Position numbers and translations under genes: made by a program. Below the pieces are notes generated by a model. That model had not been told where the DNA came from. It made no database searches and saw only the letters and a program-made list of their open reading frames with translations. From the IMG/VR virus record IMGVR_UViG_3300048592_000986: 5,704 nucleotides of DNA; one strand, 5' to 3'. Numbering within the stretch: position 1 is the stretch's first letter; every line of letters starts with the position of its first letter. This stretch comes from a virus. Positions 1 to 4,369 of this stretch are shown here, in pieces.

Positions 1-127
1 AAACGACGCTGGAGGTCAAGTTCGCGATATACGTCGCGCTCGAGGCCGTGATTGGTGCGCGTACACGAGAAGGACGGGCGGTCATCGTTACTTGTTTCCT
101 TATCGACAAGCCCAGGGCCCGGGGCGG
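1..127. repeat. Left copy of the exact 127-nt terminal direct repeat (circularisation overlap)
   Basis: Base-by-base comparison shows 1-127 is identical to 5578-5704. The length of 127 is typical of a de Bruijn k-mer overlap on a circular contig. Confidence 0.97.
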
Positions 128-179
128 CCGCTACGCGGCCGCACCCGGTCCCATGACGTGCGACGAAGGGCAATGTCAC
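1..179 (-). CDS. Probable 5' end of the rep gene seen at the other end of the linearised circle (3'-partial in this window)
   Basis: The rep frame has no stop from 5579 to the window edge. After circularisation it stays open up to a TGA at 219-221. GTG at 179-177 is the first start codon in this frame below that stop. A GGAG (minus-strand complement of 189-192) lies 9 nt upstream, and the GTG overlaps the TGA stop of the 78-aa ORF (GTGA). It adds 59 codons: MTLPFVARHGTGCGRVAAAPGPGLVDKETSNDDRPSFSCTRTNHGLERDVYRELDLQRR. GC3 is similar to the other phage genes. Confidence 0.45.
   Translation of the reverse strand, partial: MTLPFVARHGTGCGRVAAAPGPGLVDKETSNDDRPSFSCTRTNHGLERDVYRELDLQRR
119..148. repeat. 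All-G:C hairpin: 13 bp, 3-nt loop (tac), one bulged A, built from two tandem GCGGCCGC palindromes
   Basis: 124-131 gcggccgc pairs with 135-142 gcggccgc. 119-123 ccggg pairs with 144-148 cccgg, with a143 bulged. The function is unknown; it is a candidate origin or structural element. Confidence 0.8.
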
Positions 180-412
180 AGCGTATCGCTCCAGACTTCG
201 AACGCTACGGAATCCGGGTCATCCGGATCGACCGTGCGCACCGACACGCGATAACCGCGCCGCGCAAGGTCCATTGCCACGGCTAGGGCAGCGTCTAGGC
301 CGCTTTCACACGCACTTAGATAATGGCCGCCGCGGACCCCCGAAACATACCACTCTTGCGCCAGAGTCTCGGCTAGAGGTTGGAGCGGGTTTTCTTTGAG
401 GTTGGCGGCCAC
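176..412 (-). CDS. Hypothetical 78-aa protein upstream of rep
   Basis: GTG start at 412, with the ORF open from 478. The composition is protein-like (MAANLKENPLQPLAETLAQEWYVSG...RGYRVSVRTVDPDDPDSVAFEVWSDTL). GC3 is about 64 percent by my count, like the neighbouring genes. The stop TGA at 178-176 overlaps GTG at 179-177 of the extended rep frame. Against it: there is no Shine-Dalgarno before the GTG, it uses four rare CTA codons, and I recognise no motif. Confidence 0.4.
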   Translation of the reverse strand: MAANLKENPLQPLAETLAQEWYVSGVRGGHYLSACESGLDAALAVAMDLARRGYRVSVRTVDPDDPDSVAFEVWSDTL

Positions 413-581
413 GACGCGAACGTAGCAAAGAGAACGAGCCGAGGCAAGCTCCCCCGCGGCCCGGAGATGACGGACGCCCTACCCAAGATGCTTCGCTAAC
501 GCGCCCGTAGAGCGTGCCCTTCCCGCGTCGCACCGCAGCCCTGGGAAATCCTGACCCGCCCCGGTTTTGCGCTGTCGCAGG

Positions 582-599
582 GCCACGCTCGAGCATGGC
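582..599. promoter_or_regulatory. 18-bp imperfect palindrome centred on CTCGAG (8 of 9 pairs)
   Basis: The sequence is gccacgctcgagcatggc, with a single mismatched pair at 586/595. It lies in the non-coding region between divergent ORFs, so it is a candidate operator for a dimeric regulator or part of an origin. Confidence 0.5.
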
Positions 600-605
600 G
601 GCTTG

Positions 606-646
606 CCGAATTCCGTGCCAGCTACCAACCCTGTCACGGAATTCGG
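606..646. repeat. Perfect 12-bp inverted repeat with a 17-nt spacer (stem-loop in the ssDNA form)
   Basis: 606-617 ccgaattccgtg is the exact reverse complement of 635-646 cacggaattcgg. Each arm contains GAATTC. It sits in the intergenic region, where inoviruses keep origins and the packaging signal. Confidence 0.85.
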
Positions 647-685
647 ACGGCGGGTGACGTACAGTTGCCGCGCCCTGGGCCGGTT

Positions 686-719
686 GCGGTCTACGGGTAA
701 GTGAGGCCGCCCTTTTTTT
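686..719 (+). terminator. Intrinsic-terminator-like hairpin plus T7 tract on the plus strand
   Basis: Stem 686-692 gcggtct pairs with 704-710 aggccgc (7 bp, one G-U). The loop is 11 nt, followed by cc and ttttttt (713-719). No obvious upstream plus-strand gene exists for it to terminate, so the role is uncertain. Confidence 0.4.
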
Positions 720-747
720 GAGCGGCTATAACCAGGAGCAGCGCAGC

Positions 748-1008
748 ATGATTACTGTACTTCCGAATCCAACTGGTGATGAGAAGCTCACCGTTACCGT
801 GCAGATGACCCGCCGCCAGCTTGCCGAAATCGGCTACGCCTTAGGATGCCTGCAACGCGAAACCTCGAGGAATCTTGAATACTTGAAAGCAGATTCCGAT
901 ATGTTCGAAGCGACATTGAGTGACCTGGCGTTCCTGCGAGGCATCCGCGAGCAATGGCTGGATGCGATGCCAGCCGAATACTTCGAAGCGACGGAGCCCC
1001 TGGCCTAA
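748..1008 (+). CDS. Hypothetical 86-aa acidic protein on the opposite strand; candidate regulator or accessory gene
   Basis: ATG at 748 is preceded by AGGAG (734-738) with a 9-nt spacer. The TTG at 718 in the ORF track falls in the T-tract and lacks an SD. The protein is MITVLPNPTGDEKLTVTVQMTRRQLAEIGYALGCLQRETSRNLEYLKADSDMFEATLSDLAFLRGIREQWLDAMPAEYFEATEPLA. It has only a weak HTH-like stretch (TRRQLAEIGYALGCLQRETS), and I recognise no family. Confidence 0.6.
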   Translation: MITVLPNPTGDEKLTVTVQMTRRQLAEIGYALGCLQRETSRNLEYLKADSDMFEATLSDLAFLRGIREQWLDAMPAEYFEATEPLA

Positions 1009-2048
1009 CGGCCGGGGACGACTGGCCGCTCAGCGGCTCCGGTTCCGTCGGAACCGGAGCCGTTTCCTTTTGGAGAGGCCGCGTCCAACCGTGCAATATT
1101 CTCGGCCTTGATATCCGGCACCTCCCGCGTCGGATCGAACACACGACCCGCCATGAAATCGCGGCAAACGTCGGACGCTACGTTCGCATCGCCCTGGCCG
1201 TTGTAGCACTTGCACGTTCGCACGTTGCCGACCTGCAAAGACATACACCCGGTAATCCGCGGAACCGACACCAACTTAACCTGGCCGTCGTAGTGCGGAG
1301 CCGACCAGGGCCAATGCGGAACCCGGGGCGTAAGGCTGGCAGCGTTCCATTGATCGGTCGGCGGGATACGCTCGCCACCTGGCCGCACTTCAGCAGATTC
1401 TGTTTCGACTTCGCCCTGACTCATCAACCGATCCGCCGCAAACCACCCCAGGCCAATAACACCAAGCACGGCAGCCGCCAACGTGAGAATCGGCTTCCAG
1501 GGAAGCTCCTTCTTGACCGTGTGCATATCGGCCGATTTGTACTGGTCGAAGCGTTCCTTCGGAAAATTGAACCGCGACACGAGCGCTTTGTTGCGCGCGC
1601 TCCGGTCGTTCGGGTCCGTGCATTCCTCCCATTGCAGGAGCGTAGACGAATCCTGGCCGAATGTTCGCTTTAGGTGGTAGTGCCGTCCGGTGAGCTTCCG
1701 CACAGCAATGTCAAGCAACTGGGGATGTTGCGTGATGAGAAAGACGTCAAACCCGCGATGGCGGTGTGTCTCAAATTCGGAGACCGCTCGCGGCACAGCC
1801 GCACCTGTTTTGCGAGGTGGGAATACGCGCTGGCATTCGTCAATGACGACGATGGACCCGTTCGGCAACTCCCACCATTTGGCCGGATCATCCAGCGTTT
1901 TCCACGGGAGCTTTAGTTCCGGAATGCCCGACTGATAAACCTCCCGGTTGCTTGCCACGCTCGCAGGATCAAGACGTAATTTCTCAACCAAGCCCAGGGT
2001 GAAAAGTGTTTTGCCATTGCCAGGTTGCCCCGTGATTAGATTGAGCAT
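1005..2048 (-). CDS. zot: Zot / pI-type inovirus assembly ATPase (347 aa)
   Basis: N-terminal Walker A is GQPGNGKT and Walker B-like is SIVVIDECQ. A single central TM segment (ILTLAAAVLGVIGLGWFAA) is followed by a Cys-containing periplasmic C-terminal domain. The ATG at 2048 has GGGGG 4 nt upstream. It occupies the last position of the morphogenesis module, as gene I does in Ff and zot in CTXphi. Confidence 0.93.
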   Translation of the reverse strand: MLNLITGQPGNGKTLFTLGLVEKLRLDPASVASNREVYQSGIPELKLPWKTLDDPAKWWELPNGSIVVIDECQRVFPPRKTGAAVPRAVSEFETHRHRGFDVFLITQHPQLLDIAVRKLTGRHYHLKRTFGQDSSTLLQWEECTDPNDRSARNKALVSRFNFPKERFDQYKSADMHTVKKELPWKPILTLAAAVLGVIGLGWFAADRLMSQGEVETESAEVRPGGERIPPTDQWNAASLTPRVPHWPWSAPHYDGQVKLVSVPRITGCMSLQVGNVRTCKCYNGQGDANVASDVCRDFMAGRVFDPTREVPDIKAENIARLDAASPKGNGSGSDGTGAAERPVVPGR

Positions 2049-2063
2049 TGCGCCCCCGCGCGA

Positions 2064-2378
2064 TCAATAACCGCCGTCGTTCCTGCAGTTAAAATCATTT
2101 TCCAGCGAATACTCCTCCCATTCCGGATTCCACGGTTCGTCCTCGTCCGGGTGGTTCACCGCTTCGTGATAGTCCGATTCGCCGCCAACCTGCTCAGCCT
2201 CGCGCATATCTTCATCATTCCAATCGAAATCGCTCTCCACACCCATCAGAGCCGATTTCACCCACTTGAAGGCCGCCAGCGCGACATAGATCGACAGAAC
2301 CGCAATACCCACTTCGGCCAGCCCGGGAACTTGTGCCGCAATTTCCGTTGTGACCGCTGATACGTCAATGCTCGCCAC
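2064..2378 (-). CDS. Major-coat-protein paralogue without a signal peptide, fused to a 60-aa acidic Trp-rich tail (104 aa)
   Basis: I chose the GTG at 2378 because GGAGGA lies 7 nt upstream and the g6p-like stop lies inside that spacer. The track's GTG at 2429 has no SD and overlaps the previous gene by 47 nt. Residues 4-44 (IDVSAVTTEIAAQVPGLAEVGIAVLSIYVALAAFKWVKSAL) align ungapped with coat residues 22-62 at 19 of 41 identities, including AFKWV. The tail has 21 D/E against 2 R, and 3 W. Confidence 0.7.
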   Translation of the reverse strand: MASIDVSAVTTEIAAQVPGLAEVGIAVLSIYVALAAFKWVKSALMGVESDFDWNDEDMREAEQVGGESDYHEAVNHPDEDEPWNPEWEEYSLENDFNCRNDGGY

Positions 2379-2382
2379 GGTA

Positions 2383-2706
2383 TCATCCTCCGCTCGAATT
2401 CGTGAGCCACCGACCGACCGCAATTCCACCAGCGGCAGTGAGCCCTTTCAGAGAAAGCGTCGCCAAGTACGCCGAGAACATCAACCGCATGAAGTCATCG
2501 ACGCGCGCCATTGCAAGAATTTGCAGGATGGAATTGCTGGTCGCGCCGAAATTCGAAAACACGAACGCTTCCGCGTCAGCAAACAATTCCCCGATTCCGT
2601 AATACGTGGCAACGCTGAAACCAATTGCAAGCAAAACGCGCGTCACCAGGGACACGGCAATGTACGACAGCACCGACGCTAGAGTAATTACGACCGGGAA
2701 CGCCAT
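2383..2706 (-). CDS. g6p-like small hydrophobic virion/membrane protein (107 aa), positional analogue of gene VI
   Basis: The ATG at 2706 overlaps the TAA of the upstream gene (TAATG). GGGAG/GAAGG lies upstream. The protein has multiple hydrophobic segments (MAFPVVITLASVLSYIAVSLVTRVLLAIGFSVATYY...). Its size and its position after the adsorption gene match Ff g6p (112 aa). The assignment rests on position and hydropathy only. Confidence 0.7.
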   Translation of the reverse strand: MAFPVVITLASVLSYIAVSLVTRVLLAIGFSVATYYGIGELFADAEAFVFSNFGATSNSILQILAMARVDDFMRLMFSAYLATLSLKGLTAAGGIAVGRWLTNSSGG

Positions 2707-4082
2707 TACGCCTTCACTCCCTTGACGATAATTCCAATCGCAATTAGATAGCCCATCATCATCACGACCGGCGCGAACAGCACCGCCATTTCGCACGCGC
2801 GCAACCAAATATCAAGGGACAACGTCCGCCCCATCACCGTGACGCTGATCGGAGCGGGACACGAACCCGAAAATCCACCATCGGCATTCAATGACGTGAT
2901 TTCGATAGGATCCGCGCCGCCGGTTAGGTCGCCCTCTTGTTCAGCTTCGGTTGCCCCGATGGCCGCTAGCGCGTCCTCAGCGGAAATCGCGTCGACGCAA
3001 CGCGTACGCCATTGCTGATTCAGCATTGCACATTGCACCGGGTCATCATGCGTACACGTTGGCGGCGTATCACAGACGGCACCGCCCGATGCCTGGCCGA
3101 CTGGCCCCGTGGTTTCCTCGCCCGAACCCTCACCGTCGCCGCCGATCGGACCAGACCCACCCGTGCCGGAGCCATCAGGCACAGGCCGCGACGAACCGCC
3201 GACGGTCGTGCTGCTGTACTGGTTAATTTGCTGGCAGGAATTCGCGCCCGTGCACGCTTCCACGGTGGCATCGGGCGTCGCAGGAACCCCGGGCGTGCCG
3301 TTGTCAGGCTTGGGCGGCATCGGCGCGGTTTCCGCACAGACCACAGACCCGTCGGAATTCTTAAAGCACTTGTCCGGCGTCACCTGGTTAAGACAGGTCC
3401 ACTTGTCATTGAGGAACCCGCAATTTTCACCAGTCTGCGGACCCCGGCAAAAATCCCCGATACAAGTCTCGCCCTCGGAAGTCATATCCTCGACGGGTAT
3501 TACCGGCTCGTCGTCACACGGCAAGCCCGTGAACTGGTACGACACCAGGTAATTGAAAACGCCACCGCCGTCATTGACGCGCCAGTAACGCGTGGGGCCG
3601 CTGGTGGTCTGAATGTCGCGCTTGAACGCCGCGCAACCATCGACGCAAATATCCGCTGGCGGAGAGTATTCCGCGCCGCCGGTATGCGTGCCCAATTGCC
3701 GCTGATTCATGAGCGCTTCACACTCTGGTTCGTCCGGACAAACTGCCGGAGTGATAGCCGTCCGACTGATCAGAAATTGCGGCCAAACACCATCGGTGCG
3801 CTTGAAGCGATAGAAATATTGCGTGCAATCGGGCGCACCGGAATTGCAATATTCCTGATAGGTTTCAAGGAAAACACCGCCACTCGCAGCGATGCCGCAC
3901 GCTTTAGCGGATTCATATGAACCCGGCGTACCTCCACAGGCATCGGCCACTATAGGATTGCCACCCGCGGACCAGGTGCCCGCTATCTCACCATCATCGA
4001 CACAATCCGGCCAAGCGCCAAACGCCACCGATGGCAAACACGCGACGGCTACGAATGCTATCAGTCGCGAAACATGATCCAT
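2706..4082 (-). CDS. g3p-like adsorption / minor coat protein (458 aa from ATG 4082; alternative TTG start at 4115)
   Basis: The signal peptide is MDHVSRLIAFVAVACLPSVAFG|A. The N-terminal part is very Cys-rich. A Gly/Ser-rich linker follows (GGSSRPVPDGSGTGGSGPIGGDGEGSGEETTGPVGQASGG). The C-terminal domain ends in a membrane anchor (MAVLFAPVVMMMGYLIAIGIIVKGVKA). It is the largest ORF and lies directly after the major coat gene, which is the g3p architecture. Confidence 0.8.
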   Translation of the reverse strand: MDHVSRLIAFVAVACLPSVAFGAWPDCVDDGEIAGTWSAGGNPIVADACGGTPGSYESAKACGIAASGGVFLETYQEYCNSGAPDCTQYFYRFKRTDGVWPQFLISRTAITPAVCPDEPECEALMNQRQLGTHTGGAEYSPPADICVDGCAAFKRDIQTTSGPTRYWRVNDGGGVFNYLVSYQFTGLPCDDEPVIPVEDMTSEGETCIGDFCRGPQTGENCGFLNDKWTCLNQVTPDKCFKNSDGSVVCAETAPMPPKPDNGTPGVPATPDATVEACTGANSCQQINQYSSTTVGGSSRPVPDGSGTGGSGPIGGDGEGSGEETTGPVGQASGGAVCDTPPTCTHDDPVQCAMLNQQWRTRCVDAISAEDALAAIGATEAEQEGDLTGGADPIEITSLNADGGFSGSCPAPISVTVMGRTLSLDIWLRACEMAVLFAPVVMMMGYLIAIGIIVKGVKA

Positions 4083-4123
4083 GCGGCACCGAGCAATGCG
4101 AGCAGCAAAAACCAACCTTCCAT
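4061..4123 (-). CDS. Candidate 20-aa hydrophobic micro-protein (MEGWFLLLALLGAAWIMFRD)
   Basis: The ATG at 4123 has GAGGGGG (minus strand, 4136-4130) exactly 6 nt upstream, the best SD in this intergenic region. The peptide is single-TM-like. The ORF overlaps the g3p-like ATG (4082) by 22 nt. It is too short for statistical support. Confidence 0.3.
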   Translation of the reverse strand: MEGWFLLLALLGAAWIMFRD

Positions 4124-4135
4124 CGGCATCCCCCT

Positions 4136-4171
4136 CAGGGAAACCGAGGCGGCCACAGGCACCGCCCCGGT
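4136..4171 (-). terminator. Probable leaky intrinsic terminator after the major coat gene
   Basis: The minus-strand RNA is ACCGGGGCGG-ugccugugg-CCGCCUCGGU: a 10-bp stem (4171-4162 with 4152-4143, one G-U) and a 9-nt loop, followed by UUUCCCU. It begins 8 nt after the coat TAA. The U-tract is short, so I expect only partial termination. Confidence 0.4.
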
Positions 4172-4179
4172 AAGCGCGA

Positions 4180-4368
4180 TTACATCGCGCGGCGAACCCA
4201 CTTGAACGCCTTGATGGCGACCAGCAGGAGCAGCACGCCGCCGCCGATGGCGGTAACCGGCGTGACCTGCGCGCCGATGTCGGTCACGACGTCGGCCACA
4301 TCGACGGCCGCAGCGTGCGAGAGCAGCGGCAGGAACGCGGCCGGAGCCGCCACGAGGAACTTACGCAT
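4180..4368 (-). CDS. gVIII: Major coat protein, class-II (Xf/Pf1-like) g8p precursor (62 aa)
   Basis: The ATG at 4368 has GGAG 8 nt upstream and lies 1 nt after the upstream stop (TGAAATG). The signal peptide is MRKFLVAAPAAFLPLLSHA|A. The mature part has an acidic N-terminus (VDVADVVTD), a hydrophobic core and a basic C-terminus (IKAFKWVRRAM). It closely resembles the Xf coat as I recall it (...VDVGDVVSAIQGAAGPIAAIGGAVLTVMVGIKVYKWVRRAM). Confidence 0.9.
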   Translation of the reverse strand: MRKFLVAAPAAFLPLLSHAAAVDVADVVTDIGAQVTPVTAIGGGVLLLLVAIKAFKWVRRAM

Positions 4369-4369
4369 T

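Noticed and set aside
54-64. ggtgcgcgtac matches 9 of 11 positions of the XerC-binding arm of E. coli dif (GGTGCGCATAA); a second weak dif-like stretch ttcgcgatata lies at 21-31
   Set aside because: No XerD arm (TTATGTTAAAT-like) follows at the correct 6-nt spacing or occurs anywhere on either strand. A single GC-rich half-site is expected by chance, and it lies inside the probable rep 5' coding extension.
1-127. The terminal direct repeats as genuine biological repeats (DTR, LTR or att sites)
   Set aside because: The copies are perfectly identical and exactly 127 nt long. They sit at the extreme ends of the record and cut through a hairpin and an open reading frame. This fits an assembler overlap on a circular molecule. 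Inoviruses have circular ssDNA with no terminal repeats.
283-376. Local cluster of three CTAG tetranucleotides (283, 296, 373), half of the six I saw in the whole genome
   Set aside because: All fall in-frame as CTA-Gxx codon pairs of ORF 176-412, with no consistent spacing or shared flanking motif. I cannot distinguish a binding-site array from codon choice without statistics.
413-480. Sigma70-like promoter for the ORF78/rep operon (minus strand TTGCCT-N17-TACGTT, ending 6 nt before GTG 412)
   Set aside because: It matches only 4 of 6 and 3 of 6 positions of the consensus. It would create a leaderless GTG mRNA, which is unlikely. No better candidate is visible by eye, so the promoters are left unassigned.
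306-596. 96-aa minus-strand ORF overlapping ORF 176-412 and the intergenic region
   Set aside because: The composition is R/G/P/S-dominated (..RGGSGFPRAAVRRGKG..RSRRGRQPQRKPAP..), typical of a non-coding frame in GC-rich DNA. It runs through the dyad-rich non-coding region and has no SD.
954-1673. 239-aa plus-strand ORF, and the other plus-strand ORFs at 920-1111, 1483-1680, 1674-1916 and 1690-1935
   Set aside because: They lie entirely antisense to the well-supported zot gene. They are Arg/Pro/Gly-rich, as expected for shadow frames in GC-rich DNA, and have no SD or motifs.
2379-2429. Upstream start extensions proposed by the ORF track: 2429 for the coat paralogue, 2808 for the g6p-like gene, 4446 for the coat, 4993 for gV and 718 for the plus-strand ORF
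   Set aside because: In each case an internal ATG or GTG has a proper SD at 5-10 nt and abuts or overlaps the upstream stop. The longer versions lack SDs, overlap the previous gene extensively, and add Arg-rich N-termini that would destroy the signal peptide (coat) or the conserved g5p N-terminus.
3012-3920. 302-aa plus-strand ORF, and neighbours at 2951-3226, 3109-3552, 3892-4077 and 3020-3337
   Set aside because: These are shadow or off-frame ORFs within the g3p-like gene. Their composition is extremely Arg/Pro-rich, and they have no start context.
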